From assembly GCA_963798085.1 (NCBI GenBank), contig CAWCRS010000002.1, positions 96,001 to 160,000 of the forward strand: 64,000 bases of DNA. Direction: 5' to 3'. How positions within the stretch are numbered: position 1 is the first letter of the stretch; each line of letters opens with the position of its first letter. The translations under genes were made by a program, and so were the position numbers. This DNA is from an uncultured Gemmatimonadales bacterium (lineage in GTDB: Bacteria; Gemmatimonadota; Gemmatimonadetes; Longimicrobiales; RSA9). Below the pieces are notes generated by a model, which saw nothing but the letters and a program-made list of their open reading frames with translations, made no database searches and was not told the origin of the DNA. Shown here piece after piece: positions 1 to 9,905 of the stretch.

Positions 1-240
1 AGCGGAGCAGCTTTACGCACCGGCACGACCATCGCGGATGGCACGGCCACCTTCGCGGGTCTGCCGGCCGGCCAGTATACGGTGACCATCACACCACCGT
101 CGGGCATATTCTTCAACCCGACGTCGCAGAACGTTTCGCTCAGCGTGGGGCAGACGCGCACGGTTGCCTTCGACGGCTTCGGCGCCAGCGCCGGCCGCGG
201 GAAAGGGAACTCGCTGCAGGTACGGTCGCTCCTGCGCTGA
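1..240 (+). CDS. 3' end of a surface protein, carboxypeptidase-regulatory-like / Ig-like domain (partial)
   Basis: Frame 1 is open to TGA at 238-240: SGAALRTGTTIADGTATFAGLPAGQYTVTITPPSGIFFNPTSQNVSLSVGQTRTVAFDGFG. Similar to the C-terminus of 11093..12481. Not in the ORF track. Confidence 0.75.
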   Translation, partial: SGAALRTGTTIADGTATFAGLPAGQYTVTITPPSGIFFNPTSQNVSLSVGQTRTVAFDGFGASAGRGKGNSLQVRSLLR

Positions 241-446
241 GCGTTTGCGAAGAGGCCAGGCGCGTGCGCCATGTAGGGCGAATCCTCGCCCGCGCACGAG
301 CAGCTCCTGACACATGCTCGGGCCGCGCGTTCCAGATTGCAGTTGATCCCGCGCTCGAGCAATGGAGCCGTGCCGACGGGGGCACTGTTGCCGGGACAGC
401 AGGACAAGCACGGGATCGTTCCCAGTCACTCGACCGGAAGAACGAT

Positions 447-1373
447 ATGCGCGTGCTCGTGACATGGAGTTCGAAACGCGGCGGCACGGAAGGCATCGGC
501 CGCATCATCGGCGAGACGCTCAATGCGCACGGCTTCGAAGTCGTCGCCACTCCCGCACACAAGGTTGGCAGGCTGGACGGCTTTGACGCCGTCATTGCGG
601 GTGGCGCGCTGTACGCGGGCCGCTGGCCCGCGAACGTGCGCAGGCTGCTGCAGCACAACGTACGGCGCCTGCGTGAGCTTCCCGTCTGGCTCTTCTCCAG
701 CGGGCCGCTGGATGACTCTGCGGATCGCGAGGCGCTGGCCGCCACGCAGCAGGTTGCGGTGCTGGCAGAGCTCATCGGCGCGCGCGGTCATGCGACGTTC
801 GGCGGGCGCCTCACGCCTGACGCACGCGGCTTTCCGGCGAGCGTGATGGCGAAGAAGCACAGCGGCGACTGGCGCAATCCCGCGCTCATCCGCGCCTGGG
901 CCGACGAGCTGGCTGCCGAGCTGCCCACCGCCCGACCCGGTGCGCACGTCGACCATCCTGCGCGTTCGCTGACACGGCTGATCGCACACGGCGCGCTGGG
1001 CTGGCTGCTGTCGACGGTCGTGCTCGAGGCGCTGCTGTGGGTGGCCGGCCGGGGCACTGCGATCGCCGTGCATGCGCTGGCAGCACCGCTCATCTTCACG
1101 CTGGTCGCAGTGCGCTATTTCCGGGAGCGCGGAGCGCGCGACGCCTTGCCCACCGCGCTGGCGTGGGCGGCCCTGGTTGTGGTGCTCGATCTCGCGATCC
1201 CGGGTGGAGTGGTGCACCACAATCTCGTGCTGTTCACGAGCCTGGGGGCGACGTGGCTGCCGCTGGCGCTCCTGTTCCTTGCCGTCTGGATGACGGGCGA
1301 GGTCAAGTCGATCGAGGTGCCCGGGAACTCGCCTGCGACGGCAACGGCGAAGGAAGTGGTACACACGAGTTAG
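447..1373 (+). CDS. Flavodoxin-like (HemG/Flavodoxin_5-like) domain fused to a C-terminal multi-pass membrane domain
   Basis: MRVLVTWSSKRGGTEGIG FMN-binding loop, GGALYAGRW, WLFSSGPL, GDWRN; about four hydrophobic helices at the C-terminus. Confidence 0.75.
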   Translation: MRVLVTWSSKRGGTEGIGRIIGETLNAHGFEVVATPAHKVGRLDGFDAVIAGGALYAGRWPANVRRLLQHNVRRLRELPVWLFSSGPLDDSADREALAATQQVAVLAELIGARGHATFGGRLTPDARGFPASVMAKKHSGDWRNPALIRAWADELAAELPTARPGAHVDHPARSLTRLIAHGALGWLLSTVVLEALLWVAGRGTAIAVHALAAPLIFTLVAVRYFRERGARDALPTALAWAALVVVLDLAIPGGVVHHNLVLFTSLGATWLPLALLFLAVWMTGEVKSIEVPGNSPATATAKEVVHTS

Positions 1374-1379
1374 GCAGCC

Positions 1380-2301
1380 TCACGCGCCCGGGTTCATTTC
1401 GCCGTATCCGACAATGACGCAGCCGCCGGCAATGCGGATCTCCGAAATGGCGCCGCCCTTCAGGTCTGCTTCCATTTCAATGAGGCTCGGCCTGCCCATC
1501 TCGAAGCCCTGCTCGACCCGGCAGGTGAGTCCGGTCGCGGGCACTGCGGACTGCCGCCACAGATAGCCCGCGAGCGCGGCGACCGCCGCGCCCGCTGCCG
1601 GATCCTCGACAATGCCCATGGCCGGCGCAAACATGCGCGCCCGGATCATGGAACCCTCGAGTTCGACATCGCGTGTGATCACGTACACATGAGGGGACCA
1701 GGATGCCAGACAGCACTTCCCGCCAGACGGCCAGGTTGAGACTCACCTTTCCCAGAACGCCGCGGTCACGAACGGGGATGAACAGGAACGGCACGCCGCA
1801 GGAAGCCCGCAATGCGCTCCACTCACCATCGCCGATGGCCTCGACCGGAAGTGACAGCAATTGTGCCAGTACATTGAGGTCCGGCGGCTCCGCTCCGAAC
1901 TGCGGCAGGCTGGGAACGCGCAGTTGCGCTGACAACCGACCCGCTGCTTCCCGAATCACCACCGGCACCGGTCCCATGCCTTCCTCAAACACAATGTTTG
2001 CCTGACCGCCGGCCAGCGGCACGACGCCCACGTCCGCAAGCACACAGGCAGTGCCGACCGTCGGGTGTCCAGCGAATGGCAGTTCCGCCTGCGGCGTGAA
2101 AATGCGCAATTTCGCAGTGTGCTCCGGCGAGGCGGGCGCAAGAACGAAGACGGTCTCCGAGAAATTCAGCTCCCTGGCAATCTTCTGCATGACCGCAGGC
2201 GGCACCGTGTCCGCCCACGGAAAGACGGCAAGCTGATTGCCGCCGTATTGCGTGCTGGTGAACACGTCAGCCAGCACGAATCAATGCCGCCCGTCGCTCA
2301 T
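1380..2301 (-). CDS. PhzF-family isomerase (apparent TGA at 2281-2283 and +1 frameshift near 1700, probably sequence errors)
   Basis: [34 protein letters not shown], then RMFAP..EDPAAG and [10 protein letters not shown] in the next frame; ATG at 2301 with GAGG upstream. Confidence 0.85.
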
Positions 2302-2476
2302 GCGCGCCTCCGTATCGGTCAATGTGCCCGCGATACCAAGCCGCGCAATTCGTGGAAGTGCCCGTTCTGCGTTGCCGAGTGGTGACTGACACCGTGCTCG
2401 CGGAGCCGGCGCACGTCGGCTGCGTTCCTGGCCGGATCGGCTGCGCTCGCGGTGAACCGTTATCGGTTGCAGCCCA

Positions 2477-3799
2477 CTACATGTTCGCCGGATTGCTCGG
2501 GCAGGCGTTCTTGTGGCCCATCAGCTGGGCAGGCGCGAACATCTGCTTGCAATACGGGCACGCCTTCGTGCCACCCGTGGCTGCGGACCTGACCACCTTG
2601 TCCTTGTTCTCGTAGCGCGTGAGGGCAGAGCGCCAGTTGTGTCTGGCTTCCGTGCACAGACCGCGCAGCCGGGTCTTCAGCTGATCGGGAAAGGTCGGAC
2701 CGTACGAGACCTTCTGGTCGTCCTCACTCGGCAGAATGCGCGTCGAGATCACGTCGAAATCGTAGAAGGCGAGCGAGCCGCCGCCCGTGGGCGGCTGGTC
2801 CCAGAAGTGCTTGCGGCGGAGTTTCAGCTCCCCCAGGATCGCGTTCACGTTGATCCTGTCGACAGCGGCCTCCGGAAACGGGTTCTTGCCGCCGGTCTCG
2901 CGCTGCCATTTTTCGGTGTTGAAGGCGTGGACGTTGTCGACGCGGACCACGTACACGCAGATCTCCGTCTCCACATGGTCGACCACGCCGTTCTTGCGCA
3001 CAGCCCTGACTTTGAGCCAGTGCGCGGCCGCAGCCTGGTCATCCTGCGGCTTCCAGTCCTTCAGCGGCTTCGCACCCAGAGGGAACAACGAAGCGTCGGA
3101 GAGCAGCGGGTAGGGCAGGATCTCGGCCAGTTCCTTGGCGACGCTGACCACCGTGTGCAGGCAGTTGTCCCGGTTGATGCCTTTGCGCAGGAAGAGAGAA
3201 TTGGCGTAGACCTCGAGTCCCAGCGGATTCCAGGGTTGATCAAGGCCGAATTTCGCGTAGACGGGATCCTTGCTCGAGCGCGCCCGCGCGTGGAAGCCGC
3301 CCTGCTTGACGAGCGTCTCGTAGTTGCGGCTATCGGCGCGGAAGCCGAGCTTGACCAGCTGTTTGGCGCCTTCCGTGCCGTATTCCATCGTTTTCAGAAG
3401 AATGGCGGCGCCATCGGCTGCACGGTCCACGCGTACGCCGGCGCCGCCCGTGCTGATGGGTCCGCTCAGCGGCACTCGCTTGAAACCCAGTACGAGCAGG
3501 GTGGTCAGCACCGTGCGTTTCTTCTCCGCCGGCATGCTGTCCAACCCCGCCACGGGGCGGAACCGTGAACCGTCGGCCTGCAGCACGGCGAAGAAGGCGT
3601 CGCACAGCCTCCCCTTGTCGCCGTCCGTCAGCTCGGGCGCCTGCCGGGCTTCCTCCCAGAGGTAGTTGAACCAGAAGCCGAAACTCCGCTTGACGGGATC
3701 GCCGAACGGCGAGACGACGTTCGCGATCGACGGCCACCGGCCGGCCCGCTGGTTGGGCGCGGTCCTGTTGACGGAGGGAGGCGTGTACATGCGGCGCAT
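2477..3799 (-). CDS. Putative cholera/pertussis-toxin-type (R-S-E) ADP-ribosyltransferase with C-terminal C2HC zinc finger
   Basis: GFRADSR..KQGGFHAR, VVSVA, VYVVR..FNT, NPFPEAAV..I..ILG in the order seen in cholera toxin A1; C-terminal CPYC-x11-H-x3-C. Start at 3799 or 3790. Confidence 0.6.
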   Translation of the reverse strand: MRRMYTPPSVNRTAPNQRAGRWPSIANVVSPFGDPVKRSFGFWFNYLWEEARQAPELTDGDKGRLCDAFFAVLQADGSRFRPVAGLDSMPAEKKRTVLTTLLVLGFKRVPLSGPISTGGAGVRVDRAADGAAILLKTMEYGTEGAKQLVKLGFRADSRNYETLVKQGGFHARARSSKDPVYAKFGLDQPWNPLGLEVYANSLFLRKGINRDNCLHTVVSVAKELAEILPYPLLSDASLFPLGAKPLKDWKPQDDQAAAAHWLKVRAVRKNGVVDHVETEICVYVVRVDNVHAFNTEKWQRETGGKNPFPEAAVDRINVNAILGELKLRRKHFWDQPPTGGGSLAFYDFDVISTRILPSEDDQKVSYGPTFPDQLKTRLRGLCTEARHNWRSALTRYENKDKVVRSAATGGTKACPYCKQMFAPAQLMGHKNACPSNPANM

Positions 3800-3994
3800 C
3801 CGGAAGTGGGTGAAGCAGGCATCATTCGGGCGGGGATGCTAGCGCAGGCCGCGGTGCGCGGCAATGCCGCTGAGCGCTGCGGGCGGCGCCGTCTACAGCC
3901 GTGTTCGCGGACTGCAGCGACGGCCGGCGTCGCGGGCGCAGGCGAGCATGGGCGTGGACGGACACCGAGACAGTCGTTGCGGCGACGAGGGAAA

Positions 3995-4068
3995 TGCGCC
4001 CGGCGCGATTCGAACGCGCGACCTTCGGCTCCGGAGGCCGACGCTCTATCCAACTGAGCTACGGGCGC
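3995..4068 (-). tRNA. tRNA-Arg(CCG), CCA not encoded
   Basis: GCGCCCGTAGCTCAGTTGGATAGAGCGTCGGCCT-CCG-GAGCCGAAGGTCGCGCGTTCGAATCGCGCCGGGCGCA folds as a cloverleaf. Confidence 0.97.
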
Positions 4069-4080
4069 TGCAAAAAAAAC

Positions 4081-4469
4081 GGGAAGCGAATAAGCCGGGT
4101 TCTGTCTCCCTCGCGGGAGGCGGATCATTTCTCTGGGACCGCGGTTGCCCGACGGCCTCGTGCAGCCTACCCGGGACTGCTCGATCATTGCTGACCGACC
4201 GGCGCGGGCCGCGCCTCGTCCCCTATTTGGCCTTGCTCCGGGTGGGGCTTGCCGTGCCACTCCCGTTACCGGGAGCGCGGTGGTCTCTTACACCACCATT
4301 TCACCCTTGCCTGTGCCCTCGCGGGCCATCGGCGGTGTGCTTTCTGTTGCGCTGTCCGTCGCCTCGCGACGCCCGGCTGTTAGCCGGCACCCTGCCCTGT
4401 GGAGCCCGGACTTTCCTCCGCTCCCGATCCCTCCGTGGACCGTGGCGCGGCGATCCGCACTCGCTTCCC
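4081..4469 (-). ncRNA. rnpB: RNase P RNA (type A)
   Basis: GAGGAAAGTCCGGGCTC, ACAGAAA, GGGTGAAA, GAGCAAGGCCAAATAG and 3' ACAGAACCCGGCTTAT motifs; P1 helix GGGAAGCGA / TCGCTTCCC. Confidence 0.97.
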
Positions 4470-4643
4470 GAACATCGTCTGCACCTGCCCGCGCGCGCTC
4501 TCCGGAATTGCAGACGGGTCAGGCTGTGACACATCGCCCCGCGGCGCTCCGTCCGGATGCTCCGGGCGGGACCGGCGGGGCAATGTTGTTGCGAAACGAA
4601 TGCTACCGGCCGGGTGACGATCCGTCAACCCGAAGCAGTGTCG

Positions 4644-5156
4644 TCAGAAGCGAAATCGCACCGTGATCAGCTCGGCGTACAGCACGGGGTCGTTCCAGCC
4701 CCCGTTGCGGGCCATGGCCCAGAGCAGCCGCGGTCCGATCTTGAAGCGCGGTGTGCCCCAGAAGGCGGCGCCGTAGAGTCCGACAAACCCGCCCGGCCAG
4801 CAGTCGCTGTTGCCGCAGGCGCGCACGCCGCCGACGCCGGCGCGTATCCCCAGATCGACATCCAGCCGATCGTTCGGCTTCTGGCGCAGGAACGCACTCA
4901 CGTGCGCCAGCTGCTGGAACGAGTGGTAGCTCTCCTGCCGCGTATTAGGCGCGAGGGTGCGGTCCAGCACATCCACGCCACCACCCGCAGCCAGACCCAG
5001 GAACACGCCCGGGAACAGGCGATGGGCAAGGCTCACCGCAGCGCCGAACGGGCGCACTTCCATGCCGAACTCGTTGGCGGTCTGCGCGGCGACGGGAGAC
5101 GTGGCTGCGGCAAGCACCACGAGAAGCTGCAGGAACAGCGTCGTCAGACTGCGCAT
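4644..5156 (-). CDS. Hypothetical exported protein, possibly outer-membrane beta-barrel
   Basis: Signal peptide ending VAA|Q, amphipathic strands, C-terminal ITVRFRF. Confidence 0.6.
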   Translation of the reverse strand: MRSLTTLFLQLLVVLAAATSPVAAQTANEFGMEVRPFGAAVSLAHRLFPGVFLGLAAGGGVDVLDRTLAPNTRQESYHSFQQLAHVSAFLRQKPNDRLDVDLGIRAGVGGVRACGNSDCWPGGFVGLYGAAFWGTPRFKIGPRLLWAMARNGGWNDPVLYAELITVRFRF

Positions 5157-5575
5157 GCTGCGTACGATTGAAGCGTCGCCTTCCATATTCCTGCGACCTC
5201 TGGCGTCCCGGCCGGGGAGGACGGGACATGGCTGCACTGTTATTTCACAACGCGCCAGCGCCTCGAGACAAGACTTTTGAATGCGTCGCCGCCATGTTCA
5301 TCCTGCGACGCGCACACCGTTTGATGCGTCAAAACCGGGCGCGAGCAGTCACAACTGAAGGATCGACCCCCCGACGAGGAGACGTGATCGAAGCGCTGTG
5401 ATGATCGCTGCGCTCCACAGTGGACACGTCGAACCCCGCCGTCCGTTGCAGGGTCTCCGGCAAGCCTCGCGTCGCCTCTGACGCGGTGTTGTGCATCCCC
5501 TGCCCTGTTGCCGGTCCTATCCAATGACGGCCGACCCGGGCCCGGCGTTTGCCAATCGGACGGGTCATGGGGCGA

Positions 5576-6037
5576 TCAGCGCGAGCGGAGCCGGCTGTCC
5601 AGGTCGGCATACGTGATCACGGCGGCAGTGGCGGCCCGCGCGCCGGCTCGCGCGAAGCGGAACGTCACGGCGAACGTGTCGCCGGGCGCCAGCACGCGCC
5701 GCAGCCCGCCCAGCATGCCGTGGTAGCCCCCCGGCCGCAGGCGGAGCGTGCCACCCGCCGCGATCGGGATGGCCCGCACCGGCTGCATGTGCGCCATCGC
5801 GCCCATGGCCATCGGCTCGTGCAGCCCGGCGCTGTCCGCAGCTGCTGTCGCGAGGCCTAACAGTGTGTCAGGAAGGGTGGTGCCGTTCACGATGGTCGCG
5901 TACAGCGCGCCCGGCCCGCCCGCGGCCGGCGCGGGCACGTACACGTCGCGGATCGCCAGCACTGCCGGCGCACGGCGGCCGCAGCCGCACAGCGCGAGGC
6001 CCGCCACCAGCGTCCCGTGCCGGATCCACGCTGACAC
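5576..6037 (-). CDS. Copper chaperone PCu(A)C family lipoprotein
   Basis: LHE..M..M, LRPGGYHGML, PGDTFAVTFRF; lipobox-like LALCGC; GTG start inferred. Confidence 0.85.
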   Translation of the reverse strand: MSAWIRHGTLVAGLALCGCGRRAPAVLAIRDVYVPAPAAGGPGALYATIVNGTTLPDTLLGLATAAADSAGLHEPMAMGAMAHMQPVRAIPIAAGGTLRLRPGGYHGMLGGLRRVLAPGDTFAVTFRFARAGARAATAAVITYADLDSRLRSR

Positions 6038-6066
6038 GGCTGTAGACGACGACACGCCCGACACCA

Positions 6067-6372
6067 CTACGCGCTCCGTCGCAGCCACGGGCGCAGCACG
6101 CGATACTCCGGTATGGCAGTGATGCTGGCGCGACGAATGCCGATGAGGCGCCGGCAATGCAGCCGGCCGAGCGCATCCTGCACGGCCCGCCGCGACAGGC
6201 CCGTGCCTTCCGCCAGCTCCCGCAGACTCACCGCCACGTCCACCTCGCCCGCCACCCTGCGAAAGAGCCAGAGGTATACGAGGAACGCGGACGGCTGCCG
6301 GTCGTGTCCGACCAGATCCCCCATCAGCGTGTCCACGATGTAGGCATCCAGCTCGATGCTGTCCTGGCTCAC
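6067..6372 (-). CDS. Small helix-turn-helix protein
   Basis: SLRELAEGTGLSRRAVQDALGRL; GTG start with AGGAGG RBS. Confidence 0.8.
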   Translation of the reverse strand: MSQDSIELDAYIVDTLMGDLVGHDRQPSAFLVYLWLFRRVAGEVDVAVSLRELAEGTGLSRRAVQDALGRLHCRRLIGIRRASITAIPEYRVLRPWLRRSA

Positions 6373-6506
6373 GACGCCTCCTGAGGCATTCATTGCCATA
6401 GCAGACACAGCCTGCCTTGCGGGACCGCCGCACGCATGGCTTCGTTGCGCGTCGCGACGCAACGGGGAGACACTCCGGGCAAACTCATGAACACGGAATG
6501 GGCACC

Positions 6507-6872
6507 ATGATCAGAGGCATCAAGTTCGCCAGCATCCCGGTGTCGGATCAGGACCGGGCGCTGGAGTTCTACACGACGGCGCTGGGGTTCAAGGTAGTGA
6601 CGGACCAGCCTTTCGACGATGCGCAGCGCTGGATCGAACTGCGCATACCGGGCAGCGACACGGAGGTCGTGCTGTTCACGCCGGACGAGCACCGTGACCG
6701 CATTGGCACGTTCTCGCACGTTTCCTTCTGGACCGACGATGTGAAGGGCACGCATGCGGAGCTGAAAGCGAAGGGTGTGGAGTTCGAGCAGGAGCCGCAG
6801 ACCGCGGATTGGGGCACGGCGGCGATCTTCAAGGATCCGGATGGCAACGTGTTCGTGCTCGGATCGAAGTAG
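6507..6872 (+). CDS. VOC/glyoxalase family protein
   Basis: IPVSDQDRALEFY..LGF, WG..AIFKDPDGN. Confidence 0.9.
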   Translation: MIRGIKFASIPVSDQDRALEFYTTALGFKVVTDQPFDDAQRWIELRIPGSDTEVVLFTPDEHRDRIGTFSHVSFWTDDVKGTHAELKAKGVEFEQEPQTADWGTAAIFKDPDGNVFVLGSK

Positions 6873-6977
6873 CCTGGACGGGCTCCCGCAGGCCGCGACT
6901 TCCTTGGCCGCGGCCATCCCGCCGCTCTGCCCGCCGATCATTGACCGTCGGGCGCGCCCGACGTTACCTCAGCGTAC

Positions 6978-9905
6978 ATGACGGCTTCCTGGCTGCTGGC
7001 ATTCGCAACGTTGTTGCCTCAGGGCGGCGCTGGTGACACGGCCAGGGCGGTGGTGCATCACGCGCAGGCCGCGGTGGAGGGTGACAGCGTGGCTGTGGTG
7101 GAGCGCCGCTGGCGCCGTGAGGCGGGGGTGGTGCGGAGCGCGCGTGCTGCGCTTCTCGGTCTGGCGACCCTGGCGCAACTGACCTACCAGCCGGCTCGAG
7201 CCGAGTCGCTGTACGTCTCGCTGATCCGGGCCCGGGATGACGACGCCATTGCGCGCGAGTCGAGAGTGGGCCAGGCGCACAGTCGCGTGGCATTGGGCGA
7301 TCTGCAGGCCGGCGATTCGCTGTTCGCGCTGGCCGCGAACCGTGCGCGGGCGGCGGGCGACAGCAGCCGCGAGGCGGAGGCGCTCCTGTCGGGCAGTCTG
7401 ACGCGGCTGCGTGTTGCGGACGCCGTGCGCGCCCTGCGCCTCGTCGACCTTGCAGACTCGGTGTTACCAGCCAGGGATGACGAAGGCGAGGTGCAGGCCC
7501 GTTGCACGCGTGCCTGGATCGATGCGACACGCAGTGTGGCCAGCGCCCGGCTGGCAGCGGACTCGGGCGCCGCGGATGCGCACCGTCTGGGTTTCCGCCG
7601 CATGGAAGCGTTCTGCAACCATGTGGTGGCTTCGGTCATCGACCAGCTGGGCTACACGGACAGTGCGCGCCAGCACCTGCGGCTGGTCGAGCGCCTGCAG
7701 CGCGAGACGCATGATCGCAGCGCCCTCGCCGCCACGCTGCAGTGGCGGGGTTACATGTCGTTCAACACCGGGCATTACGCCGAGGCGAAGCGCGATCTGT
7801 ACGCCGCGATCGAGGAAGCGGTCGCGTCCGGCAACCGCTCGGCGCTGGCGTGGTCGTGGCTGTCGCTGGCACAGGTATCGCTCGCGCTTTCCGACCTGCC
7901 CACAGCGACGACGTACACCGAGCGTGCGGATTCACTGCTGGAAGCCCAGGGCGATCTCTGGGGCCGCACCGCCGCCGCCGCCGTGCGTGCGCGTATTGCG
8001 CGTCACACGGGTGACCTGGAGCTGGCACGCGCTGCCGCACTCCGCTTTCGTACGGGTGCGGAAGCGCTGGGCGGGAGCTGGCGCGTCACCGCGCTCTCGG
8101 TGCTGGGCGCAGTCGCCGAATCCGAAGGCAATGCCGGCCAGGCGAAGATTCTGCTGGACAGTGCCCTGGTGCTGGCGCAGCGTGATCACCTGCTCGGCAT
8201 TCAGTTGAGCCTGCTGGCCGACCTGTCGCGCGTGGAGCTGAAGCTGGGCGACCCGCGCGCGTCGCTGCGCCGGCTGTCCGGGCTGCCGCCGTTTCACTCG
8301 TCGCCCGCCTACCGTTACTCGCAACGCATCAGCTCGGCGGCTGCCCTGCTCGCACTGCACGATCCTGCCGCAGCGGAAGCCGAGGTGCGCTCGGCGCTCG
8401 ATTCGCTGGAGGCATGGCGCGCCGGACTGGATGATGCCGATCTGCGCGTGGTCGCCTTCTCTCTCACGGATGATCGACCGGCGGAGTCGGACCTCGCGAG
8501 TGTGCTCGTGGGTCTGGTGGATGCGGGCCGCGTCGAGGCCGCGTTCGAGTTTGCGGAGCGTCGTCGTGCTCGCCTGCTGCTGGACCGGCTGGCGTTGCTG
8601 GCCGACACAGGGGCTGCGCCCGGCACAGGCCAGCACATGGATGCGGCGGCGCTGCGGCCCGACGCGCTGCGCCGATCCCTGCCCGACGCGCACACCGCCA
8701 TGCTCGAATTCGCGACCGGTGATGCGACGTCGCCGGTCAGCGCCTACGTGGTGACGCAGACCGCCGTGGCCGCCGTGGTGCTGCCGCCGCTGACGGCGGT
8801 GACCGATGCGATAACACGCCTGTTATCGCTTGCGGAAGGCGGCAGTGCGGTGGCTTCGCCGGCGGAGCAGCTGGGTGCGTCGCTGCTGGCAAAGGTGCTG
8901 CCGCTGCTGCCGGACTCGATCACACGACTCGTCATCATTGCCGACCGCGGACTGCACGATGTGCCCTGGGAGCTGCTGCAGCTGCCGGATGGACGCGCGC
9001 TGCTCGATCGCTACGTCATCAGCACCTCGCCGTCGGCGTCGGTCGCGGCCAGGCTGTGGCAGCGGCCGCGCGCAATGCAGGCGGGCGGCGTGCTGGCGTT
9101 CGGCGCGCCGCGTTTCCCGAGCCTGCAGGCAGGCAGCGCGCAGAGTGCGCCGGTACGTGCAGCGTTCCTGGAGAACGGCGGGCTGCCAGGCTTGCGCTAT
9201 TCGGCGGCGGAGGCGAAGCGCCTGCGCACGCGGGCCGTTGCCGGCGAAGTTCGGCTCTCGGGCAATGCCAGCGAGGCCTACCTCAAGCATGCCGACCTGC
9301 GCAGCGTCAGCGTGCTGCATCTGGCCACACACGCGCTGGTCAATGATCGCAGTGCCGAGCGCGCCGCACTGGCTCTGGCGCCTGGCGACGGCGAAGACGG
9401 TTTCCTGACACCACCCGAGCTGGCCGCGCTGCGTCTGCCGGTGGATCTCGTGGTGCTCTCTGCCTGTCGCACGGCGAGGGGACCGGTGGCGGGGAGCGAA
9501 GGCGTAACGGGCCTCTCGACAGCGGCATTGCAGGCGGGCGCCCGGGCGGTACTCGCTTCCACATGGTCCGTGAGCGACGAAGCGAGCGCCGCGTTCATCG
9601 AGCGCTTCTACCATCAGGCCGCGGCCGGGCTCGACGCGGCCGCCGCCCTGACCGAAGCCAAGCGCGCGGCGCGTGACGCGGGCCTGCCGCCGCGCGACTG
9701 GGCAGCCTTCAAGCTCATCGGTGATCCCTTCGTGAAATTGCCGCTGCACGAGCCGCCGCCCGCGTTGGCACTGCGCACGAAGCTGGCGCTGGCCGGCGGG
9801 TTGCTGCTGCTGACCCTCGCTCTGGCTCAGGGTGTCAGGCGCAGTCGCCGTAAGGTCGACACCGCGCGCGTACCATCCTCGCGCACCGCTTCGACCCGCC
9901 ACTGA
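6978..9905 (+). CDS. TPR + CHAT (caspase-like) domain protein with signal peptide and C-terminal TM helix
   Basis: AFEFAERRRARLL, LHDVPWELL, VLHLATHA, LVVLSACRT, GARAVLASTWSVSD, PRDWAAF. Confidence 0.9.
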   Translation: MTASWLLAFATLLPQGGAGDTARAVVHHAQAAVEGDSVAVVERRWRREAGVVRSARAALLGLATLAQLTYQPARAESLYVSLIRARDDDAIARESRVGQAHSRVALGDLQAGDSLFALAANRARAAGDSSREAEALLSGSLTRLRVADAVRALRLVDLADSVLPARDDEGEVQARCTRAWIDATRSVASARLAADSGAADAHRLGFRRMEAFCNHVVASVIDQLGYTDSARQHLRLVERLQRETHDRSALAATLQWRGYMSFNTGHYAEAKRDLYAAIEEAVASGNRSALAWSWLSLAQVSLALSDLPTATTYTERADSLLEAQGDLWGRTAAAAVRARIARHTGDLELARAAALRFRTGAEALGGSWRVTALSVLGAVAESEGNAGQAKILLDSALVLAQRDHLLGIQLSLLADLSRVELKLGDPRASLRRLSGLPPFHSSPAYRYSQRISSAAALLALHDPAAAEAEVRSALDSLEAWRAGLDDADLRVVAFSLTDDRPAESDLASVLVGLVDAGRVEAAFEFAERRRARLLLDRLALLADTGAAPGTGQHMDAAALRPDALRRSLPDAHTAMLEFATGDATSPVSAYVVTQTAVAAVVLPPLTAVTDAITRLLSLAEGGSAVASPAEQLGASLLAKVLPLLPDSITRLVIIADRGLHDVPWELLQLPDGRALLDRYVISTSPSASVAARLWQRPRAMQAGGVLAFGAPRFPSLQAGSAQSAPVRAAFLENGGLPGLRYSAAEAKRLRTRAVAGEVRLSGNASEAYLKHADLRSVSVLHLATHALVNDRSAERAALALAPGDGEDGFLTPPELAALRLPVDLVVLSACRTARGPVAGSEGVTGLSTAALQAGARAVLASTWSVSDEASAAFIERFYHQAAAGLDAAAALTEAKRAARDAGLPPRDWAAFKLIGDPFVKLPLHEPPPALALRTKLALAGGLLLLTLALAQGVRRSRRKVDTARVPSSRTASTRH

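Noticed and set aside
2281..2283. TGA recoding (Sec/Trp) in PhzF
   Set aside because: TGA is the normal stop in many genes here, and the site fits the CATC>CATT error pattern.
240..4068. Integrative element at tRNA-Arg
   Set aside because: No integrase and no duplicated tRNA 3' end found by eye within the window.
5160..5570. Small ORFs or structured RNA in this intergenic gap
   Set aside because: No recognisable motif, RBS-supported ORF or convincing fold.
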